A DNA stretch of 64,000 nt, taken from assembly GCA_965649765.1 (NCBI GenBank), contig OZ287751.1:85994001-86058000 (forward strand). Reading direction: 5' to 3'. Source of the DNA: Bispira polyomma. Lineage: Eukaryota. The translations under genes were made by a program, and so were the position numbers. Within the stretch, counting starts at the first letter, position 1; the number at the start of each line of letters is the position of its first letter. Below, piece by piece: positions 50,577 to 64,000 of the stretch. The notes under the pieces were generated by a model. The model was not told where the DNA came from and did no database searches. It saw only the letters and a list, made by a program, of their open reading frames with translations.

Positions 50577-50797
50577 TATTTGAACGAAGTTGGGTTTTGC
50601 GACGCGCTTTCAACAGCTTAGATCATATATCACAATTGTCCAGATAAAATAGTGGAAGCACTTTAAACCACTGGCCTATGGCAAGTACCTGACAAACTGT
50701 CCCAGATAAAGGGGAACGAATGGGATTCAAACCCACATTGGTGAGAGGCAAGTGATTATGAAGCAGGTGCGTTTAACCACTAGGACACCATGGCCCC
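50577..50797 (-). mobile_element. SINE family A, full length
   Basis: Starts GGGGCCATGGTGTCCTAGTGGTT on the minus strand, then B-box, body and tail. Confidence 0.85.
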
Positions 50798-50869
50798 TAT
50801 AATATACATAGAGACATAGTCTTGTCCATGCTATTCTTTTAGAATGTGTGGCCACCGGATTTTCTCTAG

Positions 50870-51045
50870 TTTATCTGACACGAACTAAGCTTCAAAAAGA
50901 CGTTCTTTATTTAATCATTTGTTTTCAATTTGTCAGGACTGCGCTCCAATCACGAACCTTTTCCCCTATCAGACTATTCTTTTGCCTACAGATTGGTATG
51001 TGCAGAGGAGGCCAGGTCATTGATTGTGGCGCTATAGAAGTGAAA
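50870..51045 (+). mobile_element. L2 3'UTR fragment (family of 21992-22537)
   Basis: ctatcagactattc.tttgc...ggtcattgattgtggcgctatagaagt. Confidence 0.65.
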
Positions 51046-52068
51046 ATATTAACATCGTACAGATATTCTTATCTTAGGTTTATTTACCTGATAAAACTAA
51101 TGATTTCGACAAAGACAACAATGAATGCCTTTAGTCATGTTCTTGCCATGTTGTGTTTTGTTAGATACAGTGATATCTGATGGCCTCATTGATTCTATTT
51201 GTTATAGACACTAATAACTAATAATGAGAATGTACAGGTGTTTATCTAAAAAAACAAAGGACCTTTTTGCTGTGTAATAAAATAAGTCTGATGTGATCTA
51301 TAAAACATTAAATTAGAGCACTGTTCTAATTCTGTGAGACAGATACAGGAGAGACAGTTGCAAATGTTGTATGAAACTCATAGTTCTCACCATGCAACTT
51401 TATCTCATGCGATTAATTGCATAAGACAAAATTGCAAGCAAGAATTAAATGGCAAGAATTTTTTACTAATCCTGAAATGAAGTGGTGGCATCACACATAT
51501 CATGGTGTATGTTATTTGTAAACACAATGCACTCTGACAAGGCGAATTTTCCCTTTTATCACTTTTGAAATTTAAACTTTTAATATCAATTATTCAAGCA
51601 GGTTGAGGTTGTTCACATATGTTGTCGTTGTAACTATTTCATGTCAATGTTTTATTGTTAATAATTACTAAACACGTTGCTCACATACGCAGTATTTTTT
51701 CCTCGTAACTATTTGATGTTAATGGGAGAGCTGTTTGCTCACATGTATATTATCCTAAACATTTATTAAATTAGTTTAACTTGAGTATGTAGAGTTCAAT
51801 TTTAGTTGAACTGTATGAATGTAGAACTAAATTTTAGTGTAGTAATAAAGTAATAAATGTGCAGCTTGTATTTTCACTGTGTGCCCGGGATATTGCTTGG
51901 TATACATATATATATATCATGAGATCCATGTAGTATTGTCTATATCTGCAGCTAATATGTGCAGCTTCTTTGAAAGATATATCCTCTGTACTATTTGTTT
52001 TCTTGAAGTTTTCAAAATATTATAATACCCAATAAAACACCAATAGCTAACAATAATTAATGCTATCA

Positions 52069-52120
52069 ATAGAAAACAGAAAGGCACTCAGTGGAGTGCA
52101 TACCTCAGCCAATACGCCAC
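52069..52120 (-). mobile_element. HINE-like 3' end
   Basis: agaaaggcactcagtggagtgcatacctcagccaa is the reverse complement of the HINE 3' hairpin. Confidence 0.55.
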
Positions 52121-52132
52121 GGCACAAAAAAA

Positions 52133-52332
52133 AGCTTGGTCATATTGCGACTGCCAGATTAAATGGTGCAAGAATATAATGCTGAAGCACTGTAAACCAC
52201 CTGCCCATGGCAAGTACCTGAAACAAGTAGCTTTTCCACATTAAGGAATGAACCAGATTCGAACCCACATTGATGAGCGGTGAGTGATTGTGCTAAGCAA
52301 ACCCTTTCAACCACTAGGCCAGAACCGGCCCC
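52133..52332 (-). mobile_element. SINE family A
   Basis: Head ggggccggttctggcctagtggtt, B-box gggttcgaatc and body. Confidence 0.8.
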
Positions 52333-52786
52333 AGGATTAGAGAGTACACATGAATCTTTATTACAAAAAGTATTTAAAAACCATTCAAATCATAAAATTG
52401 TCTACCATGTGTTTTTAAATCACTAAACAATGGAAATGATCATTAGTTTTACTGCCATAAAGTTCTCCCTACGAAAAAACCCAAAATAGGCAAGAACCAC
52501 ATGGGGAAGTGTTCACCCTAATACTTCATTATTGATAAGTTAAACATTGTCTTAATAAGCAGAGTATATATTTGCCAAAAAAATGGAGTCTATTTGTCTA
52601 CAAACACTGATAATCTACACAAATATGGCCGTCTTTTAACTAGTGACGGGAATATGTAAATATTACATGTTAAGGAAACAAGATCCCATACAAATATCTT
52701 ATTTAGCTTGATCTAAACTGAAAATACAATCTGTAGAAAATGTTGCATATCTTTTAGCTCTTTATGTTAATGTGGGTTAATCATTA

Positions 52787-53276
52787 TGTAGCATTCACAC
52801 TATCAAGATCTTGACCACATTCATACAAGATTACCCCCAGATTATAAGCTCTCGACTGATCGGGAGAGTATGGATGGAAATGCTCATTTGCATATCATTG
52901 ATACAATCTTACCAGATCATGCCCAAGATATGCCCAGTTTATGCCCAGTTTTTAACCAAACGTCACAAGATTTTGACTAGAATATGCCCAGACCATACCA
53001 GATCTGAGCAGATCATCAGACGTTTATGCAATGTTTGCTCTAGATTACACCAGTCCTGTCCAGAGTTTTGACAAATTCTCTCCAGTTCTCCCAAGATGTG
53101 ACTTTTAGAGTCGACCATTTACAGAAGTTTAACATGATAATAATGTCCAGCTCTAACACCAGATCTTGCCAATCTCTCCAATTTATGCTAAGATGTTACA
53201 AGTTTTTTCCATATCACACAATATCTTGAAATCTTGAGTAAACCGCTCACTAGATCATGATAGTGTGAACGCTACA
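52787..53276. mobile_element. PIF/Harbinger MITE, 490 bp
   Basis: TIR TGTAGC(A/G)TTCACACTATCA(A/T)GATCT. TTA TSD at 52784-52786 and 53277-53279. Internal ccagat repeats. Confidence 0.9.
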
Positions 53277-56200
53277 TTAGATATTTAAAAAATTTTATTT
53301 TACGTCCACAAAGGCTTGATGCTATTAATAATTAATTAAAGTTATATTCATACATAATTAAAATTATTTAAAAAAATCTTACATGTTTCTCTTTCTGTTG
53401 ATCTATTTCCGTCTCTATATTTATTCAAAATTCTTTTACAGTGTAAATAGGATATAAAGGACATGGAGGAAGTTTACAATGACAAAAGTTAGATAGACAT
53501 CTAAGAATATATATTTTGTCCAATACCATTTGTTTCACAGTGTAAATAGGATCTTATGACCAAGTAGGAAGTTTAAAATGCTTTTCGACAAAGCCGTTTA
53601 GTTTTATACATTTATACAGAAGTGTAAATAAATCCAGTACTTACACTTGGCACTAAGACTTTAACATTATAGGGTAGTGTAGGGCCTCCTATAACAGATA
53701 AAAGTGACCTAAACTCCATATGCTGAGCTAAGTAACCTCAAGTCAAGGTGACCTTAAAAAGTAAGGGGATAATAGTTATTTAATGTATTATACGTGTAAT
53801 TAATTGGCCCAATTGGTCCTATTTGTTAATGCTGGTGTCCCGTAAATGGCTTCGTTGTAACTGGTTTTCTTACTTCCTGTATGTTCATGTAGGGATATTG
53901 TAACGGACGAGCAGTCCACTTATTCAAATGATAGGAGCTAGTATATTTCTGCTGTCACACGTTGTAGATATGACTATCTAAGTTAAGTTATCTCTTATGA
54001 AGTGATGTTGCCTCTCTCTAATCTCTATATAGACCTATTATGGGGCAGTCTATATACTTATGAAGTGATGTGAATGTGTGTGTATTGTCTATTATTATTT
54101 TTCCTTAAGATCCTAATTAGTTTTGGGTAGGTGTTTAAATAGGGTTGGCCTTAAGTGACTTATTCAAATAAAAACAGTCAATTCAACAATGACCTTAAGT
54201 AGTCCAGATTTAGTCAATTAGATAAGATATTTAGTAATATTTATAACTATAATGACTACACAGCTGGTTGTAGTCAAATTTCCCACTAACCAGTTATTTA
54301 AATATTAGTCAGTAATTTGGGTATAATTTTATATACATGTAGTAGATATTTACAGAATAAATAAATGCACTGACATCTATGAGTAAGGACAGTCTCTTTT
54401 GTACATTAGTTGTACTGTCGCATCTGTTTATAACAGTTAAAAAATATCACACAAGTGATTCACTGTATTTTACTATAAAATACTACCAGAAGATAAATTT
54501 GTAGTAGGATGTTCAAATTTGGGTAATGTTTAAATGACCTTCACCATAATTACCGCCAAATTAATATCTGTCAAAATGGGCCTAAAATAATATATGGAGT
54601 TATCAAAGTGGTCCCAAATATTAATAAATTATAAATAACATTACTAACTGTCAATATCTGAAAGCTGATCTAATAACGTCTAAATGCTGAAGAGTTGTAA
54701 GAATAACTGTTCACACAGGGAGTTTCCAGACTGACTCCCCCAAACATACAGAGCACAGAGGTTATATTATGTATGCTGTAACCAAGGAGATCTGACATGC
54801 TCTGTGCTCAGTCACGGAGAATTGTACTAATCAATACATTTCTAAGGCTAAACTAAATTTCTAGAACCAAGTATAAATGCCCAAATAATCATTTTAATGA
54901 TTAAATATACTAAATAACAATATTATATAACATTTATAAAGCAGTTTACCCTGTTTAATAGCCCTAAGCTGTTAATATAAACTTTTACTAAACTTTGTTT
55001 TAGTCTCGTACCTCACTTCCTGTCTGGGGAGATATCAACAAGTAACTGTCAAACATGGCTGACAGCAGCCAAATTAATTCCATAAACTGGCTCAGAAACA
55101 ACATAGAATCAATATTTATACAACAAAACCCCTAGAAACCACTTCACACAAGGTCAGTTATAGTTTATACTAGCTAGATTACATAATATAAGTCCACAGT
55201 AAAAACAATATATTTCTCCTAACTTCAGTCTATTTACAGTCCAAATTCTGGCTCTCAGATCAACTGATAAGATAACAAGGCTATATATTCTGGCTTGTGT
55301 CTGAGTTCTAGCTCACCCAAAATCACCCTAGCCCGTTATTTATTGAGCACAGATAAGATAAGTCCATTCTCAAATGTGTTGTACTGTATAGTTAATTAAT
55401 TATGCATAGAACGTGAGCTTAGTTTGCCTATAAAATATGCACTGAGTGGTAAATATATCACACAGCTTGATATCAGACAATCAATATATTCCACTCTAGC
55501 TGTATGAGACTTGATATCCAGATCCGCTACAATATATTTTAGCCGTATATTTGGTAATATTTTTCCTTTTATTATAACAAGAAATGTTTTAAAAAACATT
55601 ATTTATTCCAGATTATGTTCTATTTTAGAAGTAGTCTACTAATTTCGCGGTATTTATATTGGCAGTATTCGGTAAATGGCATGAGAACTATATTGACACA
55701 GAAATGCTTTTGAGTTAGAAACTATTTACGTGACACCGTGTCCCACTTTTGCAATTTATAAAAGAAATTCCTGTCCTAGCTGCTGTGAAAAGTCGGTCGC
55801 ACATATTCGCCCTGTTTGGTGAGTTAGTGGTAATGGGCTATAAGTCGCTCTCATCAGGGGGTGGTCGTTCTTAAAAAACACAAGTGTCGAATTGACCATG
55901 CATTGCTATCACAAGGATTTCACAGTGGTTGAATAAAAATGTCCGCAGTCGAGTGGATCTTGTAAAAGGTTCACCCAATGCACGCCTAATTAGACCCTCC
56001 ATGGAAGCTGTAAAGATAAGAACTAATGTGTTGTCAATGTATTCACGACCATCAAAAATCACTTAAAATACACTTACAAACTTTAGCTTTCATCGTAATA
56101 AGGTGATTTAGAAGTCATATAATATAAGATAATTTAAATTTAGGCTAGTTTGGTGACAGAGAAAAAGAAACTTGCCATGGTTGCATTAATCCCACAGAGA

Positions 56201-56711
56201 ATGAGTTGTAGTTGGGTTAGAGGCGAGTTGAGAAAGCAACTTGGATGCTGGTGAACGCTACAAATCAAGTGTGAACAGTGCCTACCAGTGTGATTTGTAG
56301 GTCGCACAAATTTACCTTACTGGCCTATCATCTGACCTTCTTCTTGCGTAACTATAATATGTTACCGCTAAGTTTATAACAAATTATCTTGTTATTAAAT
56401 TATTAGGTTTGTACACGTAAACTCTATAAGTATTTTAGTTATTAACACAATGACACAAACACCACTTGTATGATTTATATGAAATGTTATGGACACATAA
56501 GGAATGTGGCTCATTTTTTTTTACCTTGTTAGGACTGGCACCTTAACAATGCTCCTCTAGTTTACAATTTCATTCGAATTTATTTTTGCCTTTGATGTAT
56601 TTTGTTATCTGTGGATCTAAATACTGCACACATGAGTAAATGTGTCAGTAATATTGCTAATGTCCAAAGGTCAAGGTGACTGTGTACCAGAAAGTACAAC
56701 TAACCACCAAG

Positions 56712-56797
56712 AGCGAACAGGATTCGAATCCACATTGGTGAGAGACCAGTGATTATTAACAAAGACTTCTAACTTAGTACTAGGCCACCTCGGCCCC
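56712..56797 (-). mobile_element. SINE family A head
   Basis: ggattcgaatccacattggtgagagaccagtgatt...ctaggccacctcggcccc. Confidence 0.75.
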
Positions 56798-57235
56798 AAA
56801 TGCAAAATACAATACGATACTTTGGCAGTTTGCAGTAATGTCTGCTTACAACGTGGTCTTTCTTATCTCTAATAACACTGGGATCAATATATGTATCAGC
56901 TATATTTATAGTTTATTATACTCTTATTGTACTCCTTCCTCATAACTTATTTATTCTTTCGTTATCAATTCCTTACTTCCTAAATCAGGTGAGAATATAC
57001 ATGCACCATATAAAACTATGTATAAATATAGGTATATATCTGGAGAATAAGTTCCTTCCTTGATCATTGAGGGCTCCATTGTAGTTTTCTTTACTGCAAA
57101 CAATGTAATCCATTATAGTTGTGGTGACTGCAAACCATTCTATCAGTGTACCTGTCATTACAATATCAAGGTAATTTTGCCAAAGCAATGTCAATTTATT
57201 TTTATGTACAGCAACCTAGAAATATATATATATGT

Positions 57236-58432
57236 CACTGGCCAAATTAAAATCCAGGCGGATTTTAAATCCGCCTAGGCGAGATTAAAATTCTAATATC
57301 GCCTAGGCGAAATCAAAATTTTAATCTCGCCCAGGCGGATTTAAAATCTTATTTCGCCAAGGTGGAATTAAAATTTCCAAGTTTGTCTAATAGAATTTTA
57401 ATCTCGCCTAGGCGGATTTAAAATCTGCCTGGACCAAATTAAAATTTGGATTTTGCCTAGGCGGATTTAAAATCTGCCTTGGTGAGATTAAAATAGGGGA
57501 AATTAAAATAAATATTTCATTTATGCATGCAGTAAAAGTATAGATAACAACCTTAAAATGGAACTTATTTTACTTCTTGTTAAAGCACTTTCCATTCATG
57601 GTTTAAAGCATTAATGCATACATGGAATATAATGGTAACTCCATTAATCAAAATGCTGAATGAAATTTAAACTTAACAACACCAATAGTTTTTTTTGTTT
57701 TGTTTACACGACACTACATTAAAATCCATTTTTTTTTTACTAGCTTAATATGTATTATTAGTGTATTATCAGTGTAATATTTCCTTATTAGGGGTAGTAC
57801 ATGGGTGTCAAAAGGTTTGGAATTTGTGTTTATTGGTAAAGTATAGAATGCAAAACACTGTAACTGCAATTAATGTTTGCACTGAAAAATCACATGCTTA
57901 ACAAAGCTTAAGGATGTAATCATTCATGCCTTTTCAAAAACTCCAAAGTGGTTATCCCCAAAGACTTTCTTGGTGCACTGCTCTTCTATATGTGATCAGG
58001 AATAAATTGGTAGCACTTGGTAGTGTCTGAATTAATGTTTTAAACTATGAATGAAACGTACTTTATGAAGAAATGATGTTAATAATTAATGTAACTACTA
58101 TAATCTATGAATGAATTAATTTTTTAAACCATGAATGCAAAGTGCTTTACAAAGAAATAAAATAAGTTCAATTTTAAGGCCTTTATTCATACTTTTACTG
58201 CATACATAAATGAAAAAATTATAATTTCCCTTAATCTGAAATTTTAATTCCCCCTATTTTAATCTCACCTAGGCGAATTAAAATCCGCCTGGNNNNNNNN
58301 NNNNNNNNNNNNNNNNNNNNNNNNNNNNNNNNNNNNNNNNNNNNNNNNNNNNNNNNNNNNNNNNNNNNNNNNNNNNNNNNNNNNNNNNNNNNNNNNNNNN
58401 NNNNNNNNNNNNNNNNNNNNNNNNNNNNNNNN
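57236..58432. mobile_element. Foldback element with long TIRs and subterminal repeats (CACTA/EnSpm-like); right end inferred to lie in the assembly gap
   Basis: Starts CACTG. Arrays of cgcctaggcg/attaaaat repeats at 57241-57495. 57480-57620 is the reverse complement of ~58110-58275, and the repeats resume just before the Ns. Confidence 0.75.
58293..58432. other. Assembly gap (140 N)
   Basis: Run of N. Confidence 1.
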
Positions 58433-59414
58433 CTATTAAAATTTGAAATTCTACTGGTAGAAGGCCCAATTCTATTTATTAATATTAAAAATATATTTCA
58501 CATTGTGGACTCTTTACTCTTGTTTTATGAGAAATAAAATACTTCAGTTTGTATAAGTATCTTATATTTTAGTGACGAAGCAATTATTGATGTTGTCATA
58601 GTAATTATAAGTTATAACAATAGTGATAAAGGATATAGTAGCTAAATAAAGGTTAGATAGCTTTATTAAATATAGATTATTTTATAATTTTAATGTTTAT
58701 AATATTTGGTTCAGAATATTTTTTATTAATGTTTTCTTTGAACGCTTATTACATGCATGCATTCCCTAAATGATCAACCAGACCTCCTGAATAACTTTAA
58801 GACAGATTTCAGCTCAAAGGATGAAAAAAGCAGTAAACATTGAACTCGTCAGTCAAGATAGGTTCAGGTCCGCAAAGTCAGTGATAACACATGGGAATGC
58901 AGAGCATCTAGTTTATTATTATCTTTAAAGTCAACCATGATAATATCATACAATACATAAAACATGTAAAACATTGAAGTAAGATAAAAAGTTGATCATA
59001 ATAGTCTAATCTACATAGCAGCCTATGTCAGGCCAATCAGCTCCGATTGTACAGTATAGAACTGCATTGAAACATTTGTTTTTAAAATTCAGCCATAACA
59101 GCCTCGTAGAATTCACAAAAGACTTATCTACTGAGAGTGGAATTCTCACTTACTTTGAACCATACTGAATAAGATAAATATATGTATAACTTAGTCACCA
59201 TGGCGGCTGGCCTAACCTGAACTGTGAAGGATGAGACGGAATCTTATTATAATAAGTAACAGAAGGGAGGGAGTCACAAAATGTTTCTTTTTCCAGCATG
59301 TGTCACACTCTCCAAGGTTAAAATATGAATGCTGATACAGCAGACACCAAAAGGGGAGAGGTAGTGATGAAAGAGTGGTGAATGAAATGGGGTTCAAATA
59401 ACTGAATACAGAGA

Positions 59415-59666
59415 ATTTGAATTGGGATATTTAACATCCTCTCTAGTACCTGTTTAGGTTATATTGGGACAGGTAGTTGGAAACGCTGGAGGAAACACTG
59501 CATACAGTTAATCAAGGTTCTGCACTGAAACCAGCGGCCCACAGTAAGGAACTACCACCTTTCCCACAGAGGCATCGCCAGAAGTCGAACTCACGCCACC
59601 CAAAGGTGAGAGACCAGTGATTGTGAAGCGCAATGCTTGCTAACCACTAGGCCACCGCGGCCCCCT
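59415..59666 (-). mobile_element. SINE family B, full length, ~12-bp TSD
   Basis: GGGGGCCGCGGTGGCCTAGTGGTTAGC head and B-box gagttcgac. Flanked by tgaatacagaga (59403-59414) and tgaacacagaga (59667-59678). Confidence 0.9.
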
Positions 59667-60565
59667 TGAACACAGAGAGGAAGGAGGGATAATTCTCCAA
59701 AGGGGGGGTCAGTTAAATTGAAGAAAGATAGACAGAAAGTAAGAGGATAGTCACAAATGAAAACCACAGAACAGTAGAGGCCAGGTGACAGTGCAGGCCG
59801 GACAAGACTGACATTCAAGGCACATGCATGCCTAGAATCTAACTTCCATTGTGCACTCACTGCATACATTCTAAATACTTTGATGTGTGTGCATTGTCAG
59901 ATTTTGAGAAATAATTTTCTATTCTATTATGTTGGAACAGCTGTAAATCAGTGTAACAATGTATTGAAGCTAAAAAATGATTATGTACGTCATGACTGAA
60001 TTTCTGATCATTTTAAAACTTGATTTGAAACAGCTTATAAAAAAACATTACTAAATTAGAATGTACAAGCTTGTAGACATTTGAAATGGTTTAGCGCTGT
60101 ATGGAATTACTGTGGCTAAAATATGTGAGAAATATATGTGCATGATAAAAAAAAATTCTATCAAGTACAAGCACGAAATCATTGCATTATTGATGATTAT
60201 TTACATAGCATTGGCAGTGTTTCGATACTAAATGAGCACATATTAAAGTGTACTATTGTAGAAACATTAGGTTAGTGTTAACACGCGTTTGTGTACATTA
60301 TGACATAATTAGAAGCTGTCCTTGTTTTTCATGAAATTATTTAGTATATTATGAAATAAATATTCGAATGAATGCGCCAAAGGAATAATTATTAAGAAAT
60401 GGTGTTCTCCTTTCCACATATCTGCACTGAATGATTAAGAGTATTAGTGAAGAAATAATGTACTCTTGTAGAACCAAATGATGATACGTACGTGATGAGA
60501 CAACACATTCTCTATTTGGAATAGAACAATATAACTGCTAATTACAGCTTTCATTTGGATTTCTA

Positions 60566-60662
60566 GGCCCGTATTCAAAAAGGGACTTAATTCCTAGACT
60601 TAAATCCAGAACAAAAGTATACTGATTTAAGCCTTAGCTAAGTCCCTTGGTGAATACGGGCC
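60566..60662. mobile_element. Mini-MITE (~97 bp hairpin), Harbinger-like
   Basis: ggcccgtattcaaaaagggactta / taagtcccttggtgaatacgggcc. Confidence 0.8.
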
Positions 60663-60665
60663 CAG

Positions 60666-60773
60666 GGGCAGGATTTACAAACTGGTTAAGTATAGACCCT
60701 GTCTTTAATACAGTACAAAAGTATACTAGATGCAAGACAACATCTTGACTTTGCCCTTTTGTAAATACTGTCC
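60666..60773. mobile_element. Second mini-MITE abutting the first
   Basis: gggcaggatttacaaa / tttgtaaatactgtcc, with the same central acaaaagtatact motif. Confidence 0.65.
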
Positions 60774-63470
60774 CAAGCACCGATCAAAATAAACAAAACT
60801 GTATTTGCATTTAACCCTTTCAAAACATATTTTGCGTTATAGCAGACAACAGCCTTCGTTATTCACTGGAACTATGTATATTGATCGGCAAGCAGCTGAC
60901 ACTCTAAAATTAGTATTCATCAGTCCGTTGCATCTGCAAAGTCTGAATATTGCAGCATTCTTCGTTGACAAATTGAACACCAGGCAGTTATGAAATGCAA
61001 GCATTTGCTTGTGGTGTGTGTTTTTCGTGATTGAAAAGATGTACAACCCGTTTTTGAATGTCCTCCCTTTCATAAGACAAATGCTATTTCATCCGTTGCA
61101 AAACGGGTTGATTAACACGAACAAACTATTTAGAATGTGTCTAGAAGGGCTACTTTGTTCAGAATTCTGTTTCCCAATCGATATACATAAAATCTACTAG
61201 GGCATTTTAACATTGGTTAAACTAAGAGAAATAACAGTATAATCAGATACAAGGCTTAATTCTCAGGTTCTAGTATCCTAAAATTCTGTTATCATTTGTG
61301 TCAATATTCTCCTATTTTTTAAATATATTGCACACCGAATGTATGTGTACATTGTGACCATATGGTCTACATGTGGCCATTATGGACAGTCGTTTTTTTC
61401 GCCCCGTCTACCTTATTTTAATTCTTGGCACGAGCGAATACATATGACATATATGACGTACCCAATGGGATAACTATCTTGTCATTTTAAAGGTCCTCAT
61501 ATAATATTGGCAGAGACTTTAATAAACTATAACACAATTATGATCATTACAGAGTCTGTTATGTACATGTAGAAGATAACGATCAAATGTTGCCTCTTGT
61601 CTAGTCAATATGACCATGTGTGTCTTTATTTTTGTCATATGTATTTATGTAAATCGTGCCAAAGACACACAGTACACGCAGAACAAGAAAATCAATACAT
61701 CTTATATCTACATCAGCTCTCTCACAATTATAATAGGATATTGTACCAGTCGCCCTACTTTGTGATTTAAAGCCAGTGAGAGGTAAAGCCAATGGGAGGT
61801 AATTGATGAAACTATAGTGAAAACATAATACTTAGTTTGGGACATTTATTCTCTCTAAACATCAATATTTATTAGTACAATTAGTATTGTTAAAACAAGG
61901 ACTAAATTTTACTATGAGAGAATAAAGGGACTAACCCCTTACATACATGATATAATATATGATTAAAATTAGATGTTTGAAAAACTAAAAGTTTAAAAAC
62001 AATTTTAAACAAGGGTGTGGAACTGGGTGGGTTCGCACATTTCAGCATAGAAGCGTTTATCAAATGATGATCCTAATTTAGGCATATTTTGGACTTTGAA
62101 CCTTTATAACTCAATCAGTTTCCAACATACTTTTAATGTTAGTGGCTCAATTAATAGGTATGGCATTTATTTATCATTCCACCAAATATTATGCCCATGA
62201 TATGTATAGAAATATTTAATATATAATTTTTTCCTTCTGTCATTAGACTAAACTATGATCAAACTATGATCCTATTTGTGGCCAAGTGACAGACAGTATG
62301 TACTCTTGATTAATACACTGCTTGCATTTTTATACATTATGCCAAATATGGGCATTTTGTTTAACACTTGCAGAAGCAGGAGTCCTGGTTTTGGACAAAC
62401 AATATTTACAATTTAGTATTATAGAGAATATTATATGTCCATCAAGATGAGGTACTAAATGCAAAAATGGACAAAAGTGTGTGTATTCTAAGGAATTCTA
62501 TTACACGAATTTATTTAAACATACCAAATTGTATTTAATGGCTGATTCATTTTGTCATTGCATATGTAAATGTCAGAGCCCAACTTACTATTTGGCCAAT
62601 CTTAAGATGGGCTACAGCCCAACTCAGGATCCTATGTTTGACAGCCTATCCTAAGATAGCCCATATTGAGATTTTTTGTACAGGAACATAATAGAGAAAA
62701 CGACTTATATAAAAGTGTATTAAAGAAAGGCATAAACTAAAGTAATTAAAATTCGGAAGAACGATTACATTTTTGGATTAGGTACAATCCTGACATTACT
62801 GACTTTGGGTGGGTAGGTAATGCAAGTATTGCCAACTTTAATTGTGATAGATTTACGTCTGTCATTGGGTTGTCTCATGAATGTAATCATAGAAAAATAT
62901 AAACAAACATAAAATAATATCATTAAACAGGTACTTAATAAATAAAAGAACTAATTTATGACTCCCACATTCATAATGTAGTAACGATAACTTTGAGTAA
63001 TGACTGAATATACAAGTTTCCAGCATAAAAATGTGACTGAATATATACAATACATGAGGACATCTTCAACCCCGTCAATGGCTAATTTGAATAAAATGCC
63101 ACTTTTCTAACTACACGAGATCATTATGACTCAGTGTTTCACTAACATTAATTACTTGATAGAGAACGTTATAGATACGTGTCGCATCATTTTTATCCAC
63201 CGGGATTTGACAGAATATGAACTTTTTAAACGGTATTTTTGGGGTTTACTCAATAGACGCGATCAATATAAAACATGATGGGTTTCAAAACATTTACATC
63301 AACAACAATTGAATTTAAAACTAGCAAATGGTAAATATATACTTTGTATAATGCAAATTAGCTTCTGAAAAATCTATATTTATGTGTCAGGAAATGCAGA
63401 AAAAATACAGATATTGAGTTCATCTATTTAACATTCAGAAATAGATTTGGAAAACTGTATTATAATTCTC

Positions 63471-63552
63471 TGTGGTCTCGTGGTTAGTGTGTTGTTCTGA
63501 TGATTAGAAGCTCCACGGTTCTATTCCTGGTACCACGGTTCTATTCCTGGTA
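63471..63552 (+). mobile_element. SINE family C head with internal duplication
   Basis: tgtggtctcgtggttagtg...; ccacggttctattcctggta occurs twice. Confidence 0.45.
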
Positions 63553-64000
63553 GCTATGCTATACTTTCCTACATACATAATATTTATTGGCGATGAACGC
63601 ACATTTTCACTGCAGCATAAACGTGCTGGGTAAGCGGAGATAATCGCAAAGCCGATATGAAAGTCGGAGGTGCCCTTAAAGGAGCTGGGGATTAAGTCAT
63701 TGTATTGGTAATTTTTGTTTACCAAGTTATAACAGTGCAACAACCACCAACGACTGTGCAACTAAACAAATGGGTATTATTCATCAATATAGGTGTTTTG
63801 CTGTGTCACATTCATTGTGGAAATTAAAGGTTTTTTTAATTTCTGCTATGACCGTAACAATCTAACGCTTACCTAGGATTGTTGACGGAAATCACAGTGG
63901 GTTCAAATTTTATACTACTTACGTTGAGAGATGTTTCTGCGACTGTCTAATCGTCATACACGCAGGAGCATTGTTTTTGTAAATCGTTGAAGTGGGAGGC

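Noticed and set aside
60837-61200. Possible pogo/CENP-B HTH remnant (TNFRVSAAC)
   Set aside because: The resemblance is too weak (no GW motif) to support without a search.

Overview
AT-rich eukaryotic (metazoan) genomic DNA with one 140-N assembly gap (58293-58432). The repeat complement looks mollusc-like; that is inferred from the SINE/Helentron types and is not proven. Only one host gene is well supported: a minus-strand, two-coding-exon, ~392-aa multi-pass membrane protein of the TLC (TRAM/LAG1/CLN8) type (35658-35423 joined in frame to 30789-29847), with a candidate TATA/Inr promoter. Much of the rest is mobile-element derived: (1) several L2-clade LINEs, including a head-to-head pair at 22.8-27.3 kb, one carrying a decayed 2A 'StopGo' ribosome-skipping peptide before its endonuclease, and a 5'-inverted copy at 39.5-40.1 kb; (2) a PIF/Harbinger transposase pseudogene and several Harbinger-type MITEs; (3) a 1665-bp TAC..GTA element with a 6-bp TSD (IS3EU-like) carrying a two-unit minisatellite; (4) a Crypton-like hairpin insertion, a DIRS/Ngaro remnant, Kolobok-like MITE arrays, Helentron-like (HINE) elements and a CACTA-like foldback running into the gap; (5) at least three tRNA-headed SINE families. 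Two diverged segmental duplications provide empty-site controls for two of the insertions. I found no convincing wholly novel multi-gene system. The best leads are the 2A-bearing L2, the covarying L2 3' stem-loops, the IS3EU-like carrier and the divergent TLC gene. All family calls were made by eye, without database searches.
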